Origin: Cyanobacteriota bacterium
Lineage (GTDB): Bacteria; Cyanobacteriota; Cyanobacteriia; PCC-6307; Cyanobiaceae
Length of the DNA: 56,173 nt
Assembly (NCBI GenBank): GCA_046052125.1
Contig: JBJOMY010000008.1
Coordinates: 1 to 56,173 of the forward strand
Direction of reading: 5' to 3'
Positions 1-9,416 of the stretch are shown here, piece by piece. The first letter of the stretch is position 1. Every line of letters begins with the position of its first letter. A program made the translations under genes and the position numbers. The notes below the pieces were generated by a model. That model had not been told where the DNA came from, ran no database searches, and was given only the letters and a program-made list of their open reading frames with translations.

Positions 1-45
1 GATATTTGGGGGGTAGCCCCCTGAGAAAATAGGTCGATGCCAGGT
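1..45 (+). rRNA. rrf: 3' end of 5S rRNA (truncated by window start)
   Basis: GATATTTGGGGGGTAGCCCCCTGAGAAAATAGGTCGATGCCAGGT resembles the cyanobacterial 5S 3' end (helix GGGGG-TAG-CCCCC, terminal GATGCCAGG) and is followed by a terminator. Confidence 0.85.
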
Positions 46-116
46 AAAACATTCTTTGCTCCACCATCCTCCAACTGCTGCCGCGTGAATTGATCACCGC
101 AACAGCTGGAGACGAG

Positions 117-143
117 AAAGCCACCCAATCGGGTGGCTTTTTT
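117..143 (+). terminator. Rho-independent terminator of the rRNA operon
   Basis: AAAGCCACCC-AATC-GGGTGGCTTT perfect 10-bp stem running into a T-tract. Confidence 0.85.
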
Positions 144-224
144 GTTGGCTTGGCTTCCAGTGGAGATGGTGAGATCAAGAACGTCTTGGATGCGCTCTTG
201 ATCTCATCAGTGAATCAAATCACC

Positions 225-617
225 TCAGCTGCGATGCACGTGCACCTGTTGCCATTGTCCTGAGAGGCGTTGCCAGATGCGGGTTTCGCAGCAGCTGGCG
301 GTGATTGGCTCACCATTCACCAGCCGTTGAGTGAGGCGGGTGTAGCTGAGCACGACGGCATCATCACTGAGCCAACGGAGATGAGGACGCGCCATGGTCA
401 CCGTGACGGGTGTGGACGGAGCATCGCCTGCGGGTAGGTCGAAGTAGTACCGGTGAAACGGCAGGCCTTCCACAAGGTGCCCATTCGTTTCTCCCTCGAA
501 GCAGCTCAATTCTTGGGAGCAGTGCTTGGCATATGCCGCCCAATCACCACATACCACGCTCTCCAGCATCGTCTGATTGACGCTGAGAATCTCCTGATCA
601 CGCACGCTGAGAGTCAT
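225..617 (-). CDS. CaMKII association (hub) domain / NTF2-SnoaL-like protein
   Basis: From ATG 617: GDW..Y..C...LSCFEGET.GHLVEGLPFHRYYF ... ETRIWQR..GQWQQVHVHRS, the CaMKII_AD signature. Confidence 0.8.
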   Translation of the reverse strand: MTLSVRDQEILSVNQTMLESVVCGDWAAYAKHCSQELSCFEGETNGHLVEGLPFHRYYFDLPAGDAPSTPVTVTMARPHLRWLSDDAVVLSYTRLTQRLVNGEPITASCCETRIWQRLSGQWQQVHVHRS

Positions 618-1344
618 CGGCTGGATCGAGCTCGCTGTAATCACTGATTCTCTCAAACCTTCCGCACTCACGGGCTGGGTTGCCTTCTCGATCGCTGAAC
701 AGCACCGCCATTCCAATGGCATCGGCAGCCTCTAGTTCGGCGATGGCATCGCTGATGAACAGCACGTTGTGCGGCGCCACCTGCATCTGTTGAGCAATCG
801 CTGTGTAGCTCTCAGCGTCTTGCTTCGCTCCAATTCGTGTGTCAAACCAATGGCTGAACAGTGCTTGAAGATCGCCGGCCTGGCAGTGGCCATACAGCAA
901 TTGCTGCGCGGGCACTGAGCCTGATGAATACACGGCGAGCGTCAAGCCACGCTGATGCCAGCGTTTTAGCGCTGCGGGTACGTCATCAAAGAGCGGTGCC
1001 ACAAGCTCGCCACGGTTGTATCCGGATCGCCAGATTCTCCCCTGCAGATCCTTCAAGGCTGTGAGCTTGATGTCTCGGTCGATCAGGCCTTGGAGATACG
1101 GCGCCACATCGGTGATCTGTCTGACTGCTTTGAGTTCTTTGCGCTGTTGAATGGCTTCTGGCTGTGTGTCTTGACTCCAGGCCTGGTCGGTTTGCCGCAC
1201 CAGTTCCTGAATTTCAGTATCTCCTGCATTCGCTTCTAGGAAGCTGAATAGGGCTTTCCGGGCATACGGAAAGAGCATCTCAGAGACGAAGGTCACCGGG
1301 CAGGTGGTGCCTTCGATGTCGAGGAGAACGTGCGTAATCGTCAT
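598..1344 (-). CDS. mtnC: Enolase-phosphatase E1 (acireductone synthase)
   Basis: HAD motif LLDIEGTT, LFPYA, LKDLQG.IW..GY, VYSSGSV.AQ, LFISD. Confidence 0.93.
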   Translation of the reverse strand: MTITHVLLDIEGTTCPVTFVSEMLFPYARKALFSFLEANAGDTEIQELVRQTDQAWSQDTQPEAIQQRKELKAVRQITDVAPYLQGLIDRDIKLTALKDLQGRIWRSGYNRGELVAPLFDDVPAALKRWHQRGLTLAVYSSGSVPAQQLLYGHCQAGDLQALFSHWFDTRIGAKQDAESYTAIAQQMQVAPHNVLFISDAIAELEAADAIGMAVLFSDREGNPARECGRFERISDYSELDPADDSQRA

Positions 1345-1352
1345 GCCCAGGA

Positions 1353-2024
1353 TCAGATGGATTTGGGGCTGTGCATGAGTGCATCTAGGAGCAACCTGCG
1401 CCAGCGCTGCTCCAAGAGGAACTCCAGGATTTCCAGGTGGCGCAGTGCTGACCCTAGGTTTCGCCCCCAGGCATACAAACCATGGCCAGCGATCAAGACG
1501 CCATGCGGTGCTCCGGGGAGCAAGGGGCGAGCTCGTTGGGCCAGCGCCGGTAGGTCTTGATCATTCCCCAGCACGGGAATGTGCACACTGCAGGCATGGG
1601 TTTTGATGCCATCCAGCCCTTTGAGCATCTCCAGATCTTTCAGTTCAAGAGTTGTGTGCTGAACGGTGTCGGTTGAGTCGGCTCGTTCCATTGCCCACTG
1701 GGAGAGCAACGTGCCTGCTTGGGAATGCGTGTGCAGAACGGCGCCAGCGCTGCAGGTGTGCACGATCTCCAAGTGCAGAGCTGTTTCGGCGCTGGCGTTG
1801 CCTCGCCCAGCGATCACTTGGGCAGCCCCATCCACTTCAATCAAATCGCGGGGTGCGACGGAGCCCTTGTCCACGCCGCTCGGTGCCATGAGCAGCTTGA
1901 GCGGTTCGCGCTCAAGCACGCAGCTGAAGTTTCCGCCGGTGCCATCGCACCAGCCCCGCTGGTGAATGCCAGCCATGGCCTTGCTCAGGGCTGAGGCCAG
2001 GGCTGTGGTGTTCGCGTTTGCCAC
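1353..2024 (-). CDS. mtnB: Methylthioribulose-1-phosphate dehydratase
   Basis: GWCDGTGGNFS, APSGVDKG, SAETALH, HTHS, EMLKGL, HGLYAWG; adjacent to mtnC. Confidence 0.93.
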   Translation of the reverse strand: MANANTTALASALSKAMAGIHQRGWCDGTGGNFSCVLEREPLKLLMAPSGVDKGSVAPRDLIEVDGAAQVIAGRGNASAETALHLEIVHTCSAGAVLHTHSQAGTLLSQWAMERADSTDTVQHTTLELKDLEMLKGLDGIKTHACSVHIPVLGNDQDLPALAQRARPLLPGAPHGVLIAGHGLYAWGRNLGSALRHLEILEFLLEQRWRRLLLDALMHSPKSI

Positions 2025-2046
2025 GGTTCCCTCAGCACAACCACCA

Positions 2047-2895
2047 TCAGTCAGCTTGGCAGTTGGGGCACCAGTGGCTGCTCCGCCCGCCCAACTTTTC
2101 GCGGCGAATGGGGGTGCCGCACACCCGGCATGGTTCGCCGCTGCGCCGGTACACCCAGGCTGCGTTTCCGTAGTTGCCGTTCGTGCCGGTCAGATCGCGG
2201 AAATCGCTGAAGGTGGTTCCGCCGGCGCCGATGCTCGTGGTGAGCACATCCACCAACGCCGCATGGAGCTGCTCGAGCTGGTTCAGCTTCAAGCTGCCGC
2301 TTGGGGTCTGGGGCGCGATCCTGCTCATGAACAGGGACTCATCGGCATAGATGTTGCCCACGCCGGCCACCAGCGCCTGATCGAGCAGGGCCGTTTTGAT
2401 CGATCGGCGTGAGCCCGCCAGCCGTTGGGCCAGATGCTCCGGCGTGAAGGCATCGCTGAATGGTTCAGGCCCAAGCCGGCGTAGGCCGGTCATCACCGTT
2501 TCCAGGGCTTCGCCGGGCGGAACCCACCACATCTCGCCGAAGCTGCGGAGGTCAACGAAGCGCAGTTCCTCCCCCTGGGGATTCCAGAAGCGCACGCGGG
2601 TGTGGCGGCAGGGCTCCTTGGGCGTGCTCATCCAGAGGAATTGCCCGGTCATGCGCAGGTGCACCCCCCAATGCCCCGCATCAACGCCACCACGCTCGAG
2701 GGTGGCCATCAGATATTTGCCGCGGCGCAGCCAACCTGTGACGTGACACCCCTCAAGTGCACTGCAGAACAGTTCCGGCAGTGGTGGTGCGGCGATCGCC
2801 CGGGCCCGCAGCACCTCCACCCTGGCGATCTCAAAGCCGGTGGTTTGCTGCTGCAGCCCGCGCCGCACCGTTTCCACTTCCGGCAGTTCGGGCAC
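2047..2895 (-). CDS. mutM: Formamidopyrimidine-DNA glycosylase
   Basis: N-terminal PELPEVE, RRGKYL, HLRMTG, GNIYADE, C-terminal CxxC..CxxC zinc finger. Confidence 0.97.
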   Translation of the reverse strand: MPELPEVETVRRGLQQQTTGFEIARVEVLRARAIAAPPLPELFCSALEGCHVTGWLRRGKYLMATLERGGVDAGHWGVHLRMTGQFLWMSTPKEPCRHTRVRFWNPQGEELRFVDLRSFGEMWWVPPGEALETVMTGLRRLGPEPFSDAFTPEHLAQRLAGSRRSIKTALLDQALVAGVGNIYADESLFMSRIAPQTPSGSLKLNQLEQLHAALVDVLTTSIGAGGTTFSDFRDLTGTNGNYGNAAWVYRRSGEPCRVCGTPIRREKLGGRSSHWCPNCQAD

Positions 2896-2974
2896 GTGCA
2901 GGTTCAGGGCTTTGAGGCCTCAGATTGCCATGGGCCGCGGTTTGGGCGTGGCTAACTCAACGCCCACTCCTCAA

Positions 2975-3007
2975 CAACAAAACCCCGGCCTAACGACAGG
3001 CCGGGGT
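2975..3007 (-). terminator. Rho-independent terminator downstream of psaE
   Basis: ACCCCGGCCT-AACGAC-AGGCCGGGGT stem; A-rich tract on its left is a U-tract on the minus strand. Confidence 0.75.
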
Positions 3008-3036
3008 GATGCGCTTTGGTCAGAACAGGAAAAGGA

Positions 3037-3246
3037 TCAGGCCTTTTCCAGTTCGCTCTCGGCGAAGTTGTTGGTGTTGATGCCGCCTTCGGAGCCGCTT
3101 ACGCCGTTGTAATTGACCTTCTCGAAGCGCACCACCACGGGGTAGCGGATGCCGGAGGTGTCGATCGAGGCGACGGTGCCGACTTCGTTGAACCAGTAGG
3201 ACTCAGGACGCTTGATGCGCACCTTGTCGCCGCGGGAGATGGCCAT
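3037..3246 (-). CDS. psaE: Photosystem I subunit IV
   Basis: [43 protein letters not shown], 69 aa from ATG 3246. Confidence 0.97.
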   Translation of the reverse strand: MAISRGDKVRIKRPESYWFNEVGTVASIDTSGIRYPVVVRFEKVNYNGVSGSEGGINTNNFAESELEKA

Positions 3247-3357
3247 CGCTGCGCAGGGAAAGGGGTGGCTGTCAGACGGAATGTACCCGCGTCGGGCGGG
3301 TCTTCTCACCGGCCGTCACGAAACGTGGCACCATCGACCCTTCCTGAGCGCATCCCA

Positions 3358-4401
3358 ATGGCCGAGGCCCCGTCTTTCAGCCTCGATCTGCCGGATCCCG
3401 AGAGCGACAGCATCAGCTCGATGGAGTTCCTGGCCCGTATCGAGGAGGCCTGGGCCATCTGTGACCGCTTCGACCTGCAGACCGAGATCTGGCGGGGTCG
3501 CATCCTGCGGGCGGTGCGGGATCGGGAGCGCCGAGGCGGCGAGGGCCGTGGGGCCGGCTTCCTGCAGTGGCTCAGAGAGCAGGAGATCAGCAAGACCCGG
3601 GCCTACGCCCTGATCCAGTTGGCGGAATCGGCGGATCAGATGCTCGGTGAGGGGGTGCTGGAGGAAACCAGCGTGAACAACTTCTCCAAGCGTGCCTTCA
3701 TGGAAACGGCCCAGGCCGACCCTGAGGTGCAGCTGATGATCGGTGAGGCTGCCAACGACGGCCAGCAGATCACCCGCAAGCAGGTGCGGCAGCTCACCGA
3801 CGAGTTCACCGCCGCCACCAGCCCCTTGCTGCCCGAGGAAATTCGCCAGCGCACTGCCGAAAACTTGCTCCCCCCGAGAGCTGTGGCGCCGCTAGTGAAG
3901 GAGCTCGCCAAGCTCCCGGATGCGCAGCAGGAAGACCTGCGGAAGGTGTTGCGCGATGAACCGGAACTCGATCGGGTGAAGGATGTGACCAGTACCGCCC
4001 GCTGGCTGAGCAAGGCGGCCGAAGCCGGGCTTGCGGTGCGTGCTTTTCAACAGGGCGAACTCGATCTGGACAAAGCGATGCAGGAGGCGCTGCGCCTCGA
4101 TGCCCTCGGTCTGCTGGCCGATGCGGTGGGTCAGGCTCAGGCCTTGGAATCCGCCGTGCTCAAGCTCCACACCAGTTGGCGCCGGCTCAATGGCCTGCAG
4201 GAGCGGTTGTGGGTGGAGAGCGGCAGCAGCACCCCCCACCTGCGGGAGTTGCTCACAGCGCTGCAGAGCCTGAGCGGCAACACCATGCGCGTGTCGCTCG
4301 GGGAGCTGGCCGGCGGCAAACGGGTGCGGCTCCAGCTGGTGGAGGAGGCGCCGGATCAACTGGAGGCACCGGCGATTCCGGTGATGGCCCAGCCCGGTTG
4401 A
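3358..4401 (+). CDS. Conserved cyanobacterial hypothetical protein (helical, possible DNA-binding N-terminus)
   Basis: Long ORF with coding-like composition from ATG 3358, ends 10 bp before recQ. Confidence 0.75.
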   Translation: MAEAPSFSLDLPDPESDSISSMEFLARIEEAWAICDRFDLQTEIWRGRILRAVRDRERRGGEGRGAGFLQWLREQEISKTRAYALIQLAESADQMLGEGVLEETSVNNFSKRAFMETAQADPEVQLMIGEAANDGQQITRKQVRQLTDEFTAATSPLLPEEIRQRTAENLLPPRAVAPLVKELAKLPDAQQEDLRKVLRDEPELDRVKDVTSTARWLSKAAEAGLAVRAFQQGELDLDKAMQEALRLDALGLLADAVGQAQALESAVLKLHTSWRRLNGLQERLWVESGSSTPHLRELLTALQSLSGNTMRVSLGELAGGKRVRLQLVEEAPDQLEAPAIPVMAQPG

Positions 4402-4411
4402 GGCGGGTGTG

Positions 4412-5896
4412 ATGGCGGATCCGCTGGCGCAGGCCCTCGAACAGCATTTCGGCTGGAGCAGCTTCCGGCCTGGCCAGCGGCCGGTGGTGGAGGCGATGCT
4501 CTCGGGCCGCGACTGCCTGGCGGTCTTGCCCACTGGTGCGGGCAAATCGCTCTGTTATCAGCTCCCGGCCCTGGTGCGCGGCGGTCTGGTGATCGTGATC
4601 TCACCGCTGGTGGCCCTGATGCAGGACCAGGTGCTGCACCTGCAGCGGCGGGGCATCCCTGCGGCCTGCCTGCATCGCGGTCTGGATCCCGCCCGGCGGC
4701 GCGATCTGATCGAGCGGGTGCGCAGCAATCGCTTGCGGCTGATCTATCTGGCGCCAGAGCGGCTGCAGGTGGAGGCCACGCGGCAGTTGCTGGAAGACAT
4801 CAACGACCAGGGCCAGCTGGTGGGTGTGGCCATTGACGAAGCCCACTGCATCAGTGCCTGGGGCCACGACTTCCGCCCTGATTACCGGCGCCTGGGGCAG
4901 CTGCGGCGGCTCTGCCCGGGGGTGCCCCTGGTGGCCCTCAGCGCCACTGCGGCTCCGCGGGTGCGGGCCGATCTGATCCGGTTGCTGGAGCTGCGGCGGC
5001 CGTTGATTCAGGTGCGCTCTGCCCGGCGCGACAACCTCTCCTATGCGATGCGCCGGCGTCCGGCCGACCCGATGCCCGAGGTGCTGGAGGCGCTGGCGGC
5101 AGCTCGAGGCGCCAAGTTGATTTATGCCCGCACCCGCCGCTCGGTGGAGAGCTGGGCGAAGCGGCTCAGTGATGCGGGCGTGGAGGCCATTGCGTATCAC
5201 GCCGGGATGGATCCGGAGAGCCGCAGCCTCGCCCTCGCGCACTTCCAGGAGCATGCGGCTCCCGTGCTCGTGGCCACGGTGGCCTTTGGGATGGGGGTGG
5301 ATCGGCCGGATGTGGGCTTGGTGCTCCACCTGGATCTGCCCGCCAGCGCCGAGGGCTATCTGCAGGAATCGGGCCGCGCCGGGCGCGATGGTTTGCCCGC
5401 CCGCTGCTTGGTGCTCTTCGACCCAGACGATCGCACCAGCCTGGCCTGGGCTATCCGCGCTTCCGCTGAAGACGGGGCCGATGCTCAGGAGAAGCAGCGG
5501 GTGGAGCTGGCCCAGCAGCAGCTGCGGCGGATGGAAGCGGTGGCCGAGGGCGGCGCTTGCCGGGAGCAGGCCTTGCTGCTGACCGTGGGTGAGTTGGTGC
5601 CGCCTTGCGGCCGCTGCGATCGCTGCACTGAGCAGCCGTCGCTAAGGGATTGGTCGGAGCAGGCGGCCGAGGTGCTGGCGGTCTTGGAGCAGCGCGGCGG
5701 TGTGGATCTGCGCAGCCTTGGCGAGGATCTGGCTAAGGCCGAAGGCGAGGAGGTGGAGCGCTGGCGCTGGCTGGCCCGCCGCCTGGTTCAGGAGAATCTC
5801 ATCGCTGAAAGCGACGACGGCAGCCAGAGGCTTTGGTTGCGCCCAGCGGGTCGCCGCTTCCTGCAGCAACCCTGGACGCTGCGCCTGGCGGCCTGA
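4412..5896 (+). CDS. recQ: RecQ-family ATP-dependent DNA helicase
   Basis: PTGAGKSLCYQLP, DEAHCIS.WGHDFRP, ATVAFGMG, QESGRAGRDG, Zn-binding CR..CGRCDRC. Confidence 0.93.
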   Translation: MADPLAQALEQHFGWSSFRPGQRPVVEAMLSGRDCLAVLPTGAGKSLCYQLPALVRGGLVIVISPLVALMQDQVLHLQRRGIPAACLHRGLDPARRRDLIERVRSNRLRLIYLAPERLQVEATRQLLEDINDQGQLVGVAIDEAHCISAWGHDFRPDYRRLGQLRRLCPGVPLVALSATAAPRVRADLIRLLELRRPLIQVRSARRDNLSYAMRRRPADPMPEVLEALAAARGAKLIYARTRRSVESWAKRLSDAGVEAIAYHAGMDPESRSLALAHFQEHAAPVLVATVAFGMGVDRPDVGLVLHLDLPASAEGYLQESGRAGRDGLPARCLVLFDPDDRTSLAWAIRASAEDGADAQEKQRVELAQQQLRRMEAVAEGGACREQALLLTVGELVPPCGRCDRCTEQPSLRDWSEQAAEVLAVLEQRGGVDLRSLGEDLAKAEGEEVERWRWLARRLVQENLIAESDDGSQRLWLRPAGRRFLQQPWTLRLAA

Positions 5897-7273
5897 TCAG
5901 CCGCCCTTGGCGGTGCAGAGATCGTTGATCAGCTTGTGCTCAAAGTCGCTCTGGGGTGCATCCCAGGTTTTCCAGGTGCCCGATTGCCCGGTGGCATTGA
6001 GGCGCTTGGCGCCGCAGTTGATGGCTAGATACAGCGGCTGCCCATCGCTGTTGAGGCTGGGGGCCACATAGCTGCCGCCCATGGGCTGCCAGTTGGCCCA
6101 ATCCACCTGCAGGGGGCCGTAGTTGCGCCAATCGGGCGATGAAGGCTTGCCGGGCTTGGCTGCGGCGGTGGTTGCAGCGGGCTTGGTCGTTGCCACCGGT
6201 TTGGCGGCCACTGGCTGCGCAGCGGGTTTAGGCTCGGGCTTGGGTTCTGCTTTGGGTTGCGGCTGTGGCTGCGCCGCCACCACGGGCTTCGGTTCGGGTT
6301 TCGGTTCCGGCTTCACTGCCGCGGTGACGGCCGGCTGAACAGCGGGCTGTGCTGCGGGTTTCGACGTGGGCTGGGCAGCCACAGGTTGGGCTTGGGGGGC
6401 TGGCTTGGCCGCTGGTTGCGGGGCCGGCTTGGCGGCAGGTTTGGCCGCCGGTTTCGCAGCAACGGTTTGCGGCTTGGCAGCGGGTTTCGCCGCAGGCTTG
6501 GCGGCTGGCTTGGGGGTACCGCGCAGCTTGAGGGTGCGGCCCACTTCCACCTGGTTGGGATCGCTGATGTTGTTGATGGCGATCAGTGACTGGGTGGAGA
6601 TGCCGTAGCGCTGGGCGATCACCGAGAGGCTTTCGCCGCTCTGCACCTTGTGCTGGGTGGCGGTTTTGTTCACCGCTGGCTTCGCGGCTGCGGTGGTGCG
6701 GGTCACGGGCACCTTGATGCGGCTGCCGGCCCAGAGATCCTGGGTGCTGCGCAGGTTGTTGAGCTCCATCAGGCGCTGCACCGAGGTGCCATAGCGATCG
6801 GCCAGCTCCGAGAGAGTTTCACCGGGCTTCACGGTGTAGTTGGCCTGCACTGTGGTGGTGCCGCTGGCGCTGCTCGCCGAGCCGCCGCCAGCGCTGGGCA
6901 CCTGAATGCGGCTACCGGCCCAGAGGTCTTGGGGGCTGCGCAGGCCGTTGAGCTGCATCAGGCGCTGCACCGAGGTGCCGTAGCGATCGGCGATCTCGGA
7001 GAGGGTTTCGCCTGGTTTCACGGTGTAGTTGCCGCGTCCGCCACCACCGCCGCTGGCACTTCCGCCGCCGCCAGGCACCTGGATCCGGCTGCCGGCCCAG
7101 AGATCCTGGGGACTGCGCAGGTTGTTGAGCTGCATCAGCCGTTGCACCGAGGTGCCGTAGCGCTCGGCGATTTCGGAGAGGGTTTCTCCGGGCTTCACCA
7201 CCACCTCGCCGGCTAGGCCAGGCAGCGGCAGCAGCAGGGCCAGGGCAAGGACTGCAGCGGAGCGGCGGCGCAT
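5897..7273 (-). CDS. Secreted LysM-repeat peptidoglycan-binding protein
   Basis: Signal peptide from ATG 7273, four LysM domains (three VKPGETLSE.A.RYG, one VQSGESLS), P/A/K-rich linker, C-terminal Cys-containing domain. Confidence 0.9.
   Translation of the reverse strand: MRRRSAAVLALALLLPLPGLAGEVVVKPGETLSEIAERYGTSVQRLMQLNNLRSPQDLWAGSRIQVPGGGGSASGGGGGRGNYTVKPGETLSEIADRYGTSVQRLMQLNGLRSPQDLWAGSRIQVPSAGGGSASSASGTTTVQANYTVKPGETLSELADRYGTSVQRLMELNNLRSTQDLWAGSRIKVPVTRTTAAAKPAVNKTATQHKVQSGESLSVIAQRYGISTQSLIAINNISDPNQVEVGRTLKLRGTPKPAAKPAAKPAAKPQTVAAKPAAKPAAKPAPQPAAKPAPQAQPVAAQPTSKPAAQPAVQPAVTAAVKPEPKPEPKPVVAAQPQPQPKAEPKPEPKPAAQPVAAKPVATTKPAATTAAAKPGKPSSPDWRNYGPLQVDWANWQPMGGSYVAPSLNSDGQPLYLAINCGAKRLNATGQSGTWKTWDAPQSDFEHKLINDLCTAKGG
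6708..7203 (-). repeat. Three near-identical LysM-coding repeats (about 130 bp each)
   Basis: VKPGETLSE(I/L)A(E/D)RYGTSVQRLM.LN.LRS.QDLWAGSRI.VP repeated three times with G/S-rich spacers. Confidence 0.85.
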
Positions 7274-7382
7274 GGGGCGTGGGCGTTCGGCTGCAGGCAC
7301 CATACGGGCATCGGCCGGGGACGCCAGTGTCTCTTCGATAAGCCCTGGCAATGATTGAAGGCCGCTGCAGCAGCCCGATCGA

Positions 7383-8759
7383 TCAGCCCAGTAGGCGCCG
7401 GATCAGCGGCAATTTGCCCGCATAGGGCGGATAGCGGAAGGGGAGATCGAGGCTGAACGGTCGCCGCAGCACGCTGCGCTCGTGGGAGAAGGTGCGGAAG
7501 CCTGCTTCGCCGTGGTAGCTGCCCATGCCGCTGCTGCCCACACCGCCGAAGGGCAGCTCCGGCACGCCCACGTGCATCACCACATCGTTGAAACACACCC
7601 CACCCGAACTGGTGCGCTCCAGGATCTGCTCCTGGGCGCTGCGATGTTTAGAGAACAAATAGAGAGCCAGTGGTTTGGGGCGCTGGTTGATCCGTTCAAT
7701 CGCCTCGTTGAGCCCGCTCACCCGCAGCACCGGAAGCAGTGGGCCGAACAACTCCTCCTGCATCAGGGGATCATCCAGGCTTTCCACTCGGATCAGGGTG
7801 GGGGCGATGCGGCGGCGCTCCGGATCGCTCTGCCCGCCCCAGAGCAGCTGGCCGCGGCTGCGGGCTCCCTCGAGCAGTTGGTTGAGGCGCTGGAACTGGG
7901 CTCCATTCACCACGCTGCCCAGATCGGCCGACTGCAGCGGGTCGTCGCCAAAGCAGGCCTGGATGCGCTCGCTCAGCCGCTGCACCAGGGCGGGCTCGAT
8001 CGCCTCCTCCACCAGCAGGTAATCCGGGGCGATGCAGGTTTGCCCTGCATTGAGGGCCTTGCCCCACACCAGGCGGCGAGCGCTCACCTCCAGATCGGCA
8101 TCGCCAAGCACCACCGCTGGGCTCTTGCCCCCCAGCTCGAGGGTCACCGGCGTGAGGTGGCGTGCGGCCGCTTCCATCACGAGCCGGCCGACGCGCTCCC
8201 CACCGGTGAAAAAGATGTGGTCGAACTGCTCCTGCAGCAAGGCCTGGGCGACGGCTCCATCGCCCTCCACCACCTGCACCGTGGTGGGTGGGAAGGCGGA
8301 GCCGATCAGCTTGGCGATCAGGGCGCTGGTGGCCGGTGCGTGTTCCGAGGGTTTGAGCACGGCGGTGTTGCCCGCGGCCAGGGCGCTCACCAGGGGCTGG
8401 ATGGTGAGCGAGAACGGGTAATTCCAAGGCCCGATCACGAGCACGCAGCCCAGTGGTTCGCGGATCACCTGGGCCTGGCCGGGCAGCAGGCTCGCTGGCA
8501 CCGCCACCTTGCGGGGGGCCATCCAGCGGCGCAGCTGCTTGCGCACCAGCTGAATTTCCTGCTGTACCGCCACCAGCTCGAAGTAAGCCTCCACCGGCGG
8601 CTTGCCCAGATCGGCGCCGAGAGCGTCCAACACGGCATCGCGGTGCTCGTTCACCGCTTGCTCCAGCCGCTGCAACTGCTCCAGCCGCCAGGCGAGCGAG
8701 CGGGTTTCAGCCGCGGTAACGGCCTGCCGCATGGCGGCGATCGGGGTGGACAGCTGCAT
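7383..8759 (-). CDS. Aldehyde dehydrogenase (ALDH3-like)
   Basis: IGPWNYP, LKPSE, FTGG, LELGGKSP, catalytic GQTC, EELFGP, PFGGVG.SG. Confidence 0.92.
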   Translation of the reverse strand: MQLSTPIAAMRQAVTAAETRSLAWRLEQLQRLEQAVNEHRDAVLDALGADLGKPPVEAYFELVAVQQEIQLVRKQLRRWMAPRKVAVPASLLPGQAQVIREPLGCVLVIGPWNYPFSLTIQPLVSALAAGNTAVLKPSEHAPATSALIAKLIGSAFPPTTVQVVEGDGAVAQALLQEQFDHIFFTGGERVGRLVMEAAARHLTPVTLELGGKSPAVVLGDADLEVSARRLVWGKALNAGQTCIAPDYLLVEEAIEPALVQRLSERIQACFGDDPLQSADLGSVVNGAQFQRLNQLLEGARSRGQLLWGGQSDPERRRIAPTLIRVESLDDPLMQEELFGPLLPVLRVSGLNEAIERINQRPKPLALYLFSKHRSAQEQILERTSSGGVCFNDVVMHVGVPELPFGGVGSSGMGSYHGEAGFRTFSHERSVLRRPFSLDLPFRYPPYAGKLPLIRRLLG

Positions 8760-8770
8760 CAACGGTGCGA

Positions 8771-9373
8771 TCAGCCCAGCCAGTCCAGCTGGGGGTTGTG
8801 CAGCGCATGCTGGCGGTAGGCCTGGCGCAACGTGGTGATCAGGGCGGCCATGGCGGGTTGGTGTTCCAGGTCGAGCCGCAGCACGATCACGTCCACCCCG
8901 CTGGGGCTGCGCAGCAGCGGCCGCTCCACCAGGGCGTCGGGCAGTGGAGTGGGCGTCTTGGCTTGGCTGATCACCGCCAGATCGAGCACGCGATCCTGGA
9001 GTAGCTGATGCACCCGCTGGTGATCGCTGCAGCGCTGGAGCAGGCCGGCGGGCAGGGCCGGGTGCGCGCCGTTGCCATCAAGACCAACACTGCCGCTGGC
9101 TAGCCAGCGAGGCTCGGGCGGCGCACTTTGAAGGCGCAGCCACTGCGACGACAACCGCAGGCCCTGGAGCAGGCTTTGATTGGAGCGGGCCCCGTAGAGA
9201 CCGTTGGTGTGTTTGCGGAACTCCAGCCCCAGCCGCCCACTCACCTGCCGGTAGATGCGGGAGATCGAGCTCTGATCGCGCTGGATGATCTGGGCCACGG
9301 CGCTGGTGCTGGGGGCAATCTCCAGCAGGTCCAGAACGGGTAATCCATCCAACAGGATGTCCGCCACCAGCAA
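8771..9373 (-). CDS. Short divergent LysR-like HTH regulator
   Basis: N-terminal HTH-like STSAVAQIIQRDQSSISR..RQV...LGLEF; LLQDRVLDLAV resembles the LysR effector-domain motif; only 200 aa. Confidence 0.6.
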   Translation of the reverse strand: MLVADILLDGLPVLDLLEIAPSTSAVAQIIQRDQSSISRIYRQVSGRLGLEFRKHTNGLYGARSNQSLLQGLRLSSQWLRLQSAPPEPRWLASGSVGLDGNGAHPALPAGLLQRCSDHQRVHQLLQDRVLDLAVISQAKTPTPLPDALVERPLLRSPSGVDVIVLRLDLEHQPAMAALITTLRQAYRQHALHNPQLDWLG

Positions 9374-9416
9374 CGCGTAGACCTATGCAAAATCTGCATC
9401 TGGTGGCCGCTGAGGC

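Noticed and set aside
6120..6520. Short repeats GGCTTGGC / GGTTTCGC resembling an array
   Set aside because: They encode the PAAK/PEPK linker of the LysM protein; there is no repeat-spacer structure, so this is not CRISPR.
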